Assembly: GCA_015233405.1 (NCBI GenBank)
Contig: JADFXT010000002.1
Coordinates: 68,451-132,450 of the forward strand
From: Candidatus Omnitrophota bacterium
GTDB lineage: Bacteria; Omnitrophota; Gorgyraeia; Zapsychrales; Zapsychraceae
Direction: 5' to 3'
Length of the DNA stretch: 64,000 nucleotides
Part shown: one piece after another, positions 36,170-45,030 of the stretch
Position numbering within the stretch: position 1 is the first letter of the stretch
How the letters are laid out: every line of letters starts with the position of its first letter
Position numbers and translations under genes: made by a program
Notes under the pieces: model-generated
Databases searched by the model: none
Told to the model about the DNA's origin: nothing
The model's input: only the letters and a program-made list of their open reading frames with translations

Positions 36170-37613
36170 CGAGAATCCTCCTTTTTAACAACTCTGTGAT
36201 TTTTTTCGGATTTGCTTTTCCTTGCATTTTTTTCATTCCTTGTCCGACGAGAAATCCAATGGCTTTTTCTTCGCCGGCTTTAATTTGTCCTACAACTTTT
36301 TCATTTTCTTTGATCAATTCGTCAACGATTTTTAGAAGCGCGCCATCATCGGATACTTGCGCTAAGCCTTGACTTTGAATGATGTCTCCTGCATCCTGGC
36401 CGGTTTCCAAAATGTTTTTTAATATATCTTTCCCGACGAGATTGCTCACAACGCCTTCCTCGACTTTTTGAATGAGCGTCGTTAGATTTTTCGGTGACAG
36501 CTTTAGTTCTGTGATAGGCACTTTCTTGGCGTTTAACTCCTGAAGAACAGGCCCGGTGATCCAGTTACAGATCTTTTTAGCGTCGGGGTAAAGCGTTACG
36601 CATTCTTCAAAGAATCCGGCAACCAAGGGGTCTTGGACCAGGATAAACGAGTCATAATCGTTAAGTCTGTAACGCTCTTTTATTCTCGCTTGTTTTTGAA
36701 GTGGAAGTTCGGGCAGAGCTGTTTTTATTTCCTCAATTTTTTGTTCCGAGACCGTAAAAGGAACCAGGTCCGGTTCAGGGAAATAACGGTAATCATGCGC
36801 CTCTTCCTTGCTTCGCATCGAAAAGGTCATTTGCTTGTTTTCATCCCACAGCCGTGTTTCCTGGACAATGACTCCGCCGGAACGGACAACACTTTCCTGG
36901 CGGCCGATTTCATAAGACAGCGCCTCTTTAACGGCTTTAAAGGAATTCATATTCTTGATCTCTGTTTTGGTCCCGAGGTTTGTTTGTCCGACGGGCCTGA
37001 TGGAAATATTGGCGTCGCAGCGTAGGCTTCCTTTTTCCATGTCGCAATCGGAAACGTTAAGATATTGTAGAGTCAATTTGAGCATCTGAAGATATTCATA
37101 GGCGTCCTGAGGCGAATGCATGTCCGGCTCTGAGACGATTTCCATCAAAGGCGTTCCGGTCCGATTGTAATCGACCAGGCTGCAGTTTGCAGCATCGTCG
37201 TGAATGAGCTTGCCGGCATCTTCTTCCAGGTGTGCCCGATGGATGCGTATTTTTTTACTTTCCCCATTCTGCGATGGAGCCATGATAAAACCGTTTCGGG
37301 CAACAGGCATATCGTATTGGGAAATCTGATAAGCCTTCGGCAGGTCAGGGTAATAATAATTCTTTCGGTCAAATTTGATAAATGAACTAACGGTACAGTT
37401 TAAGGCCAGCCCGATCTTGATGCCGTATTCCAGGACCTGTTTGTTAAAGACTGGCAGACTTCCCGGAAGCCCTAAGCAGACGGGACACGTCAGCGTATTC
37501 GGCTCATGGCCAAAGGCATTGGCGCAGCCACAGAAAATTTTCGTCTTCGTGTCCAACTGTAAGTGGACCTCAAGGCCGATAACGGTTTCAAATTGTTGTG
37601 TTTGTTGGTTCAT
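36162..37613 (-). CDS. gatB: Asp/Glu-tRNA amidotransferase subunit B
   Basis: FETVIGLEVHLQL, KIFCGC and NRTGTPLMEIVSEPD match over the full length. Confidence 0.95.
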   Translation of the reverse strand: MNQQTQQFETVIGLEVHLQLDTKTKIFCGCANAFGHEPNTLTCPVCLGLPGSLPVFNKQVLEYGIKIGLALNCTVSSFIKFDRKNYYYPDLPKAYQISQYDMPVARNGFIMAPSQNGESKKIRIHRAHLEEDAGKLIHDDAANCSLVDYNRTGTPLMEIVSEPDMHSPQDAYEYLQMLKLTLQYLNVSDCDMEKGSLRCDANISIRPVGQTNLGTKTEIKNMNSFKAVKEALSYEIGRQESVVRSGGVIVQETRLWDENKQMTFSMRSKEEAHDYRYFPEPDLVPFTVSEQKIEEIKTALPELPLQKQARIKERYRLNDYDSFILVQDPLVAGFFEECVTLYPDAKKICNWITGPVLQELNAKKVPITELKLSPKNLTTLIQKVEEGVVSNLVGKDILKNILETGQDAGDIIQSQGLAQVSDDGALLKIVDELIKENEKVVGQIKAGEEKAIGFLVGQGMKKMQGKANPKKITELLKRRILDV

Positions 37614-37650
37614 TTGTTACGTTTTTTTATTTGTTATTCTAACCCTTTTT

Positions 37651-37718
37651 GTCATTCCCGCGAAGGCGGGAATCCAGGTGGAAATGCTGGATCCCCGCTA
37701 AAAGATTGCGGGGATGAC
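37651..37718. repeat. composite palindromic (REP/MITE-like) element between gatA and gatB
   Basis: The sequence is GTCATTCCCGCgaagGCGGGAATCCAGgtggaaatgCTGGATCCCCGCtaaaagattGCGGGGATGAC. It contains two GC-rich hairpins, and the termini GTCAT/ATGAC and CCAG/CTGG are themselves inverted. It is the GC-rich island in a 109-bp AT-rich spacer. Confidence 0.6.
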
Positions 37719-37722
37719 AACC

Positions 37723-39126
37723 TTACTTGTTTTGTTCAAACGTAAATCCGATACGAAATAGCATTTCCTCGTCGAATGGTTTAGCCATGATCTGAAGCCC
37801 GATGGGCAAATTATCTTTGGATAGTCCGCAGGGAATCGAGATCGCAGGAATGCCGCTTAAGTTTGCTGAGATCGTATAAATATCCGATAAATACATCGAC
37901 AACGGATCGTTGGTCTTCTCTCCGATTTTAAATGCCGTGGTCGGAGATGTCGGGGTGATGATGGCATCAACTTTTTTAAAAGCTTCATCAAAATCTTTTT
38001 TTATGAGAGTCCGGACCTTGAGTCCTTTCAGGTAATAGGCATCATAATATCCGGACGATAAGGCGTAAGTCCCGAGCATAATGCGCCGCTTGGCTTCTGT
38101 GCCGAATCCGATGTCACGGGTTTCTTCATAGAGATCAATGAGCGGCGTTTTTCGGATGTGGTCGGGTTTACGGCGCAGTCCGTATTGAATGCCGTCAAAC
38201 CGCGCCAAGTTCGAGCTGGCCTCGGCGGTGGCGACGATATAATAGGTCGAAACAGCATATTCGGTATGAGGCAGAGAGATTTCTTCAAATGTGGCACCGC
38301 ATTTTTTTAAAATTGCAATCGCGTCAAATACGGATTTCTTCACCTGCGGGTCAATCCCCTCGATGAAATATTCTTTAGGAATGCCGATCTTTAATCCTTT
38401 GACATCATTACGAAGGGCTTTTGTGTAGTCAGGAACCGGCAAGTCAACGGATGTGGAGTCATGCTCATCGTGACCGGCAATAATGTTCAGCAAAAGCGCC
38501 GCGTCCGTAATGTCTTTGGTGATCGGTCCGATTTGGTCCAAGCTGGATGCGAATGCGATTAAGCCATAACGGGAAACGCGTCCATACGTCGGCTTTAATC
38601 CAACGACACCGCAGAGCGCTGCTGGTTGGCGGATTGAGCCTCCGGTGTCGGATCCCAGCGCCCAAATAGCTTCGTTGGCGGCAACGGCCGCGGCAGAGCC
38701 GCCGCTTGAGCCTCCGGGAACGCACGCGAGGTTCCAGGGATTCCGTGTCGGTCCATAATAGGATGTCTCCGTCGAGGAACCGAACGCGAATTCATCCATG
38801 TTCGCGTGTCCGGTAAAGACAGCGCCGGATGCTTTGAGCTTTTGAATAACCGTCGCATCATAAGGCGGTTTAAATCCGGAAAGGATCTGAGAACTGCACG
38901 TCGTGAGCTCGCCTTTAATACAGATGTTATCTTTAATGGCAATGGGAATCGGAACCGCGGCATTTTCTTGGATTTGTGGGGCATCAAAAATTGTTGCGTA
39001 GGCATGAACGTCTTTTTCTGTTTTTTGGATTTGAGCAGACACCGACGCGAAAACATCCTTTGCAGAAAGTTTTTTCTGTTTGATGAGGTCAAGGATTGCG
39101 TGGGCTGTTAGTGTATTCGGTGTCAT
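37723..39126 (-). CDS. gatA: Glu-tRNA(Gln) amidotransferase subunit A
   Basis: Carries the amidase signature [13 protein letters not shown] and [12 protein letters not shown]. An ATGA overlap joins it to gatC. Confidence 0.95.
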   Translation of the reverse strand: MTPNTLTAHAILDLIKQKKLSAKDVFASVSAQIQKTEKDVHAYATIFDAPQIQENAAVPIPIAIKDNICIKGELTTCSSQILSGFKPPYDATVIQKLKASGAVFTGHANMDEFAFGSSTETSYYGPTRNPWNLACVPGGSSGGSAAAVAANEAIWALGSDTGGSIRQPAALCGVVGLKPTYGRVSRYGLIAFASSLDQIGPITKDITDAALLLNIIAGHDEHDSTSVDLPVPDYTKALRNDVKGLKIGIPKEYFIEGIDPQVKKSVFDAIAILKKCGATFEEISLPHTEYAVSTYYIVATAEASSNLARFDGIQYGLRRKPDHIRKTPLIDLYEETRDIGFGTEAKRRIMLGTYALSSGYYDAYYLKGLKVRTLIKKDFDEAFKKVDAIITPTSPTTAFKIGEKTNDPLSMYLSDIYTISANLSGIPAISIPCGLSKDNLPIGLQIMAKPFDEEMLFRIGFTFEQNK

Positions 39127-39407
39127 TCGATGATTTTAGGGACTTTAAAGAAGCCATTCTGTTGTTCGACGGAAATCTTCAAGGCTTCTTGTTGTGAGAA
39201 TGAAGGTTTAATGATATCTTCGCGGAAAACATTTTTTAACGGCAGAACATGACTTGTCGGTTCGACATGGGATGTGTCGAGTTTTTCCAGGTTTTTAATA
39301 TAGCCGAGGATTCTCTCCAGGTCTTGGGTCAAGGCTTGCACTTCCTCGTCTTTGAGATGAATTCTGGAAAGGCTTGCGACATATTTGACGTCGTTTTTAG
39401 ATATCAT
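39123..39407 (-). CDS. gatC: Asp/Glu-tRNA amidotransferase subunit C
   Basis: 94 aa. [16 protein letters not shown]...LDT..VEPTSH is the typical GatC pattern. Confidence 0.85.
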   Translation of the reverse strand: MISKNDVKYVASLSRIHLKDEEVQALTQDLERILGYIKNLEKLDTSHVEPTSHVLPLKNVFREDIIKPSFSQQEALKISVEQQNGFFKVPKIIE

Positions 39408-39487
39408 AAGTTACTCAATAATATAAATATTTGTAGGAATTAATAGGGTTCATGTTACCATTCCCGGCATAAATTGACAAGATAAAA

Positions 39488-39886
39488 CTAGACTAAGAGG
39501 GCTTTGATGCGTTCCGGAATCGGGGTTGGTTTAAAATCTTTATCGAGGCTGACAAGGGTCACCTCAGCTTCCAGGATAAGGCGGCGGGTTTCTTTTTCAT
39601 AGATCTTCTGGTCAAAAATAAGTTGCGCTGCTGTCATTTTTTTAAGGGTTGATTCACATCTAAGGACATCGCCGTAACGCGCAGGGCTTTTGTAGGAAAT
39701 CGAACATTGCCTAACCGCATAAAAGAAGTGATTTTGATGCATTTCTTTGATGGAGATGCCCTTTTGTTCCAGGAATTCCGTGCGGTCTTCTTCGAGGAAT
39801 TTTAGATAATTGGCATAATAAACAACGCCGCCGGCGTCGGTGTCATGGTAATAAATCCTTTTTTCGATCATAATAGCTCCCTTCAT
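39488..39886 (-). CDS. acyl-CoA thioesterase, 4HBT/YbgC family
   Basis: YYHDTDAGGVVYYANYLKFLEEDRTEFL is the hot-dog fold catalytic Asp motif. Confidence 0.7.
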   Translation of the reverse strand: MKGAIMIEKRIYYHDTDAGGVVYYANYLKFLEEDRTEFLEQKGISIKEMHQNHFFYAVRQCSISYKSPARYGDVLRCESTLKKMTAAQLIFDQKIYEKETRRLILEAEVTLVSLDKDFKPTPIPERIKALLV

Positions 39887-40042
39887 TTTTAATATATCAT
39901 AAGATAAATATTCCTAAATAAAAACAAAAATCAAAAGAAAATTTTTTCTTGTAAGAGATATATGGATGTGTTAGCTTAAAATTGAAAGTCAGGATTCGAG
40001 ACGACGTAAGATCAACGGTCATTGAGGCCTAGGAGGTGACAG

Positions 40043-40441
40043 ATGGCTCCTTTAGGAAATCAGAAAAATACAAGTTCGCAAGATTCTGATCAAAGATATA
40101 TCCCCCGCTGGGAAGTGAGAAACCGCGTTTTATATTATCTCGACGATGAGAAAGTCCCGCATGAAGGTCAAACCAAGGATTTAAGTTGCGCTGGCGCCTG
40201 TCTTTGCTTAAACCAAGTCCCTGCCTCCGCTCAAAGAGTTAACATGGAGATCTTTTTGTCGGAAAAGAAAGTCGCTAAATTAGAAGGGCAGATCCGTTGG
40301 GTGAAAAGAACTAAAGATGAAACACAGGTAGGTGTTTCTTTTTCAAATGTGACCATTAAAGCTCAGGATTTGATCCTCGAGCATGCCTTCGCGATTTCTC
40401 CTAAGAATTATAATAACCTTTGGTTTCGAGGCTGGCAATAA
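40043..40441 (+). CDS. single-domain PilZ protein (putative c-di-GMP receptor)
   Basis: RYIPR (RxxxR) is followed about 24 residues later by DLSCAG (DxSxxG). A strong AGGAGG RBS lies upstream. Confidence 0.65.
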   Translation: MAPLGNQKNTSSQDSDQRYIPRWEVRNRVLYYLDDEKVPHEGQTKDLSCAGACLCLNQVPASAQRVNMEIFLSEKKVAKLEGQIRWVKRTKDETQVGVSFSNVTIKAQDLILEHAFAISPKNYNNLWFRGWQ

Positions 40442-40466
40442 TCCTTCTTTGTTGTTCTCTTACCTT

Positions 40467-41267
40467 TTATTTTTTTAAAGCATCCGCAATTTTTATATAA
40501 TCATCGACAGTAAGATTCTCCGGCCTTAACTGGGATTTGATCTTAAGGTCGGAGAGAATTTTTTCTAGTTCGTCTTTCGGGGCGGCAAATGACAGGGCGT
40601 TTAGCAAGGTCTTTCTTCTTTGCTGAAAAGTTTGGCGGATGATCTTAAAAAGGAAATCCTCGTCGTTGGATTTTAGCTGGCTCTTGTCTTTGAAGGTCAA
40701 TTCCAAAAAACAAGATTGCACTTTGGGCGCAGGCGAAAAACAGGTGTTTTTTATTCTAAAAAGTATTTTAGCGTTGGAATAATATTGAATAAAGCAACTC
40801 AACGGACTGTAATCTTTTGTGTCGGGTTTGGCCACCATCCTGTTGCCGTATTCTAGCTGCACGGTAATATAAAATGAATGGATCTTTTCCCGATGCTGAA
40901 AAACTTTCTCAATGATGGGTGTGGCGATATTATACGGCAGGTTCCCGATGATTTTTGTGTTTGAAAGAAGTGAATCAAAAGGATATCTTAAGATGTCGTC
41001 GTGAATAACACTAACAGAGCTTTCTTTAAATGCTTCTTTAAGTTTTTCTGCAAGAAATCCATCTTTTTCGACCGCCGTTACTGTTTTTACCTTTGCGGCA
41101 ATCCCATGAGTCAAGGCTCCCTTCCCTGGGCCAATTTCAAGGACATTGTCGTCGCTATTGAGATGACAAGAGACAATGATTTTTTCTCTGGTTTTGGGGT
41201 CGACGAGAAAATTCTGGCCTAATGATTTTTTGGGAACAAATCCGTTAGATGAATGTTTCCGTGGCAT
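40467..41267 (-). CDS. rsmA: 16S rRNA (adenine1518/1519-N6)-dimethyltransferase
   Basis: Carries KSLGQNFLVD, VLEIGPGKGALT and GNLPYNI. Confidence 0.9.
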   Translation of the reverse strand: MPRKHSSNGFVPKKSLGQNFLVDPKTREKIIVSCHLNSDDNVLEIGPGKGALTHGIAAKVKTVTAVEKDGFLAEKLKEAFKESSVSVIHDDILRYPFDSLLSNTKIIGNLPYNIATPIIEKVFQHREKIHSFYITVQLEYGNRMVAKPDTKDYSPLSCFIQYYSNAKILFRIKNTCFSPAPKVQSCFLELTFKDKSQLKSNDEDFLFKIIRQTFQQRRKTLLNALSFAAPKDELEKILSDLKIKSQLRPENLTVDDYIKIADALKK

Positions 41268-41268
41268 T

Positions 41269-42216
41269 TTAGGATAATTGCGCGGCTAATTTGATGGCTT
41301 GAAACATGGACGATTCATCGGCCTGCCCTTTGCCGGCGATGTTAAACGCCGTGCCGTGCGCCGGCGATGTGCGGACGAACGGTAAGCCGACGGTCATGTT
41401 GACTAATCCTGAGAAAGCGAGCGTCTTGGCCGCGATCAATCCCTGGTCATGGTACATCGCAACGACCGCGTCATAACGGTTCGCGATATCCGGAGAAAAA
41501 AGCGTGTCCGCAGCGAAAGGTCCAACGGCATTGATGCCTTTTTGAACAGCTTTCTTAATGGCTGGGATAATCAAGGTCTGCTCTTCGGTCCCGATTTTTC
41601 CTCCCTCACCGGCATGAGGATTGACGCCGCAAACAGCCAGAACAGGATTTTTGACCCGATAGAAATTTTTTAAAGAGTCTGCCGTCAGCTCAATGGCGTC
41701 AAAGATATTGGCAATCGTTAAGGAAGATACGACTTTGTTTAAAGGAATATGCCGGGTCACCACGATGGTGCGGATTTTATCTGAGACAAAAAGCATCCCA
41801 AACTTTTTTACGCCAAAAGACTCGGCGAGAAATTCCGTGTGGCCTTGAAAAGAATTGTGAATTTCTCGGATCGTTTCTTTGCAGACGGGCCCCGTCGCTA
41901 AAGAATGGATTTTTCTTTCTTTAAGAAGTGTCACCGCGGTCTTTAAATATTCTAAAGAAGCTCGAGCCCCGTCTAAAGACGGCTGGCCGATCTTAAAGTT
42001 CTTGGAAAACTCCGTAGGGACATGGAGAAAAGAAACATTGGGATATTTGTGCGCTGAATACCGGGCGTAATTTTTTTCATCGCCGATAAGCAGGAAACGC
42101 CCCATTTTTCGTAAGGTCTGGTTTGCCAAAGATTTGGCAATCACTTCCGGCCCGATCCCGGCGGGATCCCCTAAGGTAATTCCGACGATCTTGTTATTTG
42201 ATTTCAATGTAGGCAT
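41269..42216 (-). CDS. pdxA: 4-hydroxythreonine-4-phosphate dehydrogenase
   Basis: Carries ITLGDPAGIGPE, GHTEFL, NPHAGEGG and MYHDQGL. Confidence 0.9.
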   Translation of the reverse strand: MPTLKSNNKIVGITLGDPAGIGPEVIAKSLANQTLRKMGRFLLIGDEKNYARYSAHKYPNVSFLHVPTEFSKNFKIGQPSLDGARASLEYLKTAVTLLKERKIHSLATGPVCKETIREIHNSFQGHTEFLAESFGVKKFGMLFVSDKIRTIVVTRHIPLNKVVSSLTIANIFDAIELTADSLKNFYRVKNPVLAVCGVNPHAGEGGKIGTEEQTLIIPAIKKAVQKGINAVGPFAADTLFSPDIANRYDAVVAMYHDQGLIAAKTLAFSGLVNMTVGLPFVRTSPAHGTAFNIAGKGQADESSMFQAIKLAAQLS

Positions 42217-43138
42217 CTTTCTTAAGTTTTTCTATCCATTCGACGAGTTTTTCTTTGAACTTGATTTTATAAAGCAGCTTTTCGACGTCATTTTTAACGT
42301 CCTGAAGGCTCGCGATTTGAGCGGGAAATTTTCCGGTAACTTTAAAAACATAGACGCCTGTTTCGACTTCAATGGGATTTGACACTTCATTGACGTTGAG
42401 AGCAAAAAGGACATTCTCAATCGCGGGAAGGAATTTGCCTTTCTCAATGATCCCTAACGACGGAGCGTCGGAGATGTCCTTGGCGACATCTTCAAATTTT
42501 TCGCCATTTTTCAGTCGTGTTAACGCGCTTTGCGCCAGTTCTTGAATCACGGTCTTATTCCTTTTATCGAATGACAAGAAGATCGACTGGACATTGACCT
42601 TAGGCTCCCGCTTAAACTTGTCCTGATTGTCTTTATAAAATTTGGTGACCTCTTCCGGATTGACAAAAACTTTTGATTTGACCTGGTCTTCGATGACATA
42701 TTGAATCTTGAGCTGGTCGGTGATCTTTTTCCTTAATTCGGTTAGACTCGCCCGGTTTTCAATCAAGGCGTTGATAAGATTATCTTCCGATCCGTATCTT
42801 TTCTTAAGATCTTCGATTCTGTCGTCAATGGCTTTCGGATTGATGGTCATTTGGATTTGGTTGGCTTTGCTTAAGATCAATTTGTCTTCGATCAATTTCT
42901 GGATACCGTTTTGTTTTAGGTCATCCATGACTTCTTTGATCTTGTCTTGATCTTCCCCTTGGGTCACCATCGTAACATAGGCGGAGTGGATATAATCACG
43001 CAAGTCCTTTAAGGTGATGACTTCATTATTGACGACGCCAATAATAGCGTCCTCCAGAGCTGGCGCGGATTTGGTCAAGAAACATAATAAAAATAATGCG
43101 AGAATGGATATACGTAAAACTTTTAATAATGGACTCAT
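42194..43138 (-). CDS. surA: SurA-like periplasmic chaperone / parvulin-type PPIase
   Basis: I moved the start to the ATG at 43138 (MSPLLKVLRISILALFLLCF, a signal peptide), which forms an ATGA overlap with the mfd stop. A SurA_N-like region is followed by a parvulin domain. The surA-pdxA-rsmA order matches E. coli. Confidence 0.7.
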   Translation of the reverse strand: MSPLLKVLRISILALFLLCFLTKSAPALEDAIIGVVNNEVITLKDLRDYIHSAYVTMVTQGEDQDKIKEVMDDLKQNGIQKLIEDKLILSKANQIQMTINPKAIDDRIEDLKKRYGSEDNLINALIENRASLTELRKKITDQLKIQYVIEDQVKSKVFVNPEEVTKFYKDNQDKFKREPKVNVQSIFLSFDKRNKTVIQELAQSALTRLKNGEKFEDVAKDISDAPSLGIIEKGKFLPAIENVLFALNVNEVSNPIEVETGVYVFKVTGKFPAQIASLQDVKNDVEKLLYKIKFKEKLVEWIEKLKKDAYIEIK

Positions 43139-45027
43139 GATTTGGTATCCTTTGAGGTTTTTTTCAAGTTTTCCACAGATTCTTTGAGGAGTCGACAATA
43201 TAAATCAAATCCAATCGATACAATATAGCCGTGCTGTTCTTGTCCTAAAAGGTTTCCAGCGCCCCTGAGTTGCATGTCTTCAAACGCAATGGAAAAGCCC
43301 GAGCCTAGTCCGCTATATTTTTTAATAGCTTCAATCCGTAATTTGCCTTCGTGCGATAAAATCCTTTCCGGCGGCACGATAAAATAAGCGTAGGCTTGTT
43401 GGTTCGCTCGCCCGACCCGACCGCGCAACTGATGAAGGTCCGCTAGGCCGAAATGGTCGGCATTGTTCACGATCAACGTGTTGGCATTAGGAATATCAAT
43501 TCCCGACTCGATGATCGTCGTGCAGATCAAAACATCGATCTGTCCTTCTAAGAATTTGAGCATAATATCTTCTAGCTCTTTAGGCCGCATCTGTCCATGC
43601 CCGATAGCCATACGGGCATCCGGGACTAATCGCCCTACTATTCTAGCAATTTTTTCGATATCTTCAACGCGGTTATGAAGAAAAAAGACTTGGCCTTTTC
43701 TGTTGAGTTCTTTGCGGATGGCGGTTTGAATGGTTTCTTCATCAAACTCGACGATGTTGGTCTCGACCGGAATCCGATTTTGCGGTGGCGTTGAGATGAT
43801 GGACATATCTTTCGCGCCGGTCAAGGCCATGTGGAGCGTTCGCGGGATCGGTGTGGCGGTTAACGTTAAAACGTCCGCGAGCAGGCGAAAATGTTTAAGC
43901 CGTTCTTTAGCTGTAACGCCGAAGCGCTGCTCCTCGTCGATGATAATCAGCCCGAGATCTTTAAATCCGATGTCTTTGGATAAAAGCCGGTGGGTTCCGA
44001 TAACAATATCGACGCTGCCTTCTCTTAAATCTTTGATGATCTTGTCCTGTTCGGTTTTCGTGCGAAACCGGCTTAACATGGCAACTTTGACAGGATATTT
44101 TTTCATTCGGCTTGAGAAGTTGTAATGATGTTGTTCGGCTAAGATTGTCGTCGGGACTAAGACCGCGACTTGTTTATTGTCCATGACCGCTTTAAATGCG
44201 GCGCGTAAAGCCACTTCGGTCTTTCCATAGCCGACGTCGCCGCACAAAAGCCTGTCCATCGGTTGCGGGGATTCCATGTCTTGTTTGACTTTTTGTGTGG
44301 CTAAAAGTTGGTCTGGAGTTTCTGTAAATGGAAACGCGTCTTCAAATTCTTTCTGCCATTCGTTATCTTTAGAAAAAGAAAATCCCTCGAGGCTGGCGCG
44401 CAGAGCCTGGGTATGGAGAAGCTCGGCGGCAAGCTGTTGGATCTTTTTTTGAATCTGGGTCTTCACCCTCTTCCACTCGGCGCTGCCGAGTTTGTAGAGC
44501 CTAGGTGGGCGCTTGTTAAAACTGATATATTTTTGGATAAGCCGAATATCCTGCTCGGGGACAAAGAGCTTGTCGCCTCCCTCGTATTCAATGACTAAAT
44601 GCGTCTTGTGTTCTTTATTGATCTCAAATTCGGTAAGCCCGAGATATCGTCCGATGCCATGGTTATTATGGACGACATAATCGCCTTTTTGGATATCGAC
44701 GAAATTGCTTAGAGGAATGTCTGCGGAAAATATTTTTTTTCTTTGAGCTTCTTTACAGGGCAGGATGATGACAATCTTGTGCTGCCAGAGGGATTTGCCG
44801 GTCAAGATGTTGACGCTGGCGATACGTTCAATGCGGGTTTCGGTAAAGTCGATGCGTAGCGGGCTGTCGAAGCCGCTGGGGAAAATATCCAGGATTTCTC
44901 CCCGTTGGCTGAACTCTCCTTCTTCATTGGTTTTCTTCGCCCGGTGATAATTTAAGGCTACCAAGTTCTGAAGGAGAGTTTCAAGCTCAATCGTCTGTCC
45001 GACGAAAAGTTCTAAGGATTCAAACAC
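43135..45027 (-). CDS. mfd: transcription-repair coupling factor, unusually short form (630 aa)
   Basis: A UvrB-homology remnant (GEFSQRGEILDIFP) is followed by the CarD/RID block (GDYVVHNNHGIGRY...GGDKLFVP). SF2 motifs are GDVGYGKTEVA, DEEQRFGV and QLRGRVGR. The protein ends right after GFDLYCRLL. Confidence 0.85.
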   Translation of the reverse strand: MFESLELFVGQTIELETLLQNLVALNYHRAKKTNEEGEFSQRGEILDIFPSGFDSPLRIDFTETRIERIASVNILTGKSLWQHKIVIILPCKEAQRKKIFSADIPLSNFVDIQKGDYVVHNNHGIGRYLGLTEFEINKEHKTHLVIEYEGGDKLFVPEQDIRLIQKYISFNKRPPRLYKLGSAEWKRVKTQIQKKIQQLAAELLHTQALRASLEGFSFSKDNEWQKEFEDAFPFTETPDQLLATQKVKQDMESPQPMDRLLCGDVGYGKTEVALRAAFKAVMDNKQVAVLVPTTILAEQHHYNFSSRMKKYPVKVAMLSRFRTKTEQDKIIKDLREGSVDIVIGTHRLLSKDIGFKDLGLIIIDEEQRFGVTAKERLKHFRLLADVLTLTATPIPRTLHMALTGAKDMSIISTPPQNRIPVETNIVEFDEETIQTAIRKELNRKGQVFFLHNRVEDIEKIARIVGRLVPDARMAIGHGQMRPKELEDIMLKFLEGQIDVLICTTIIESGIDIPNANTLIVNNADHFGLADLHQLRGRVGRANQQAYAYFIVPPERILSHEGKLRIEAIKKYSGLGSGFSIAFEDMQLRGAGNLLGQEQHGYIVSIGFDLYCRLLKESVENLKKTSKDTKS

Positions 45028-45030
45028 GGA

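Noticed and set aside
38028-39092. Three same-strand alternative-frame ORFs within gatA (165, 86 and 89 aa)
   Set aside because: The gatA frame carries the amidase signature over its full length. The alternative frames are Arg/Pro-rich and arise from the locally higher GC content.
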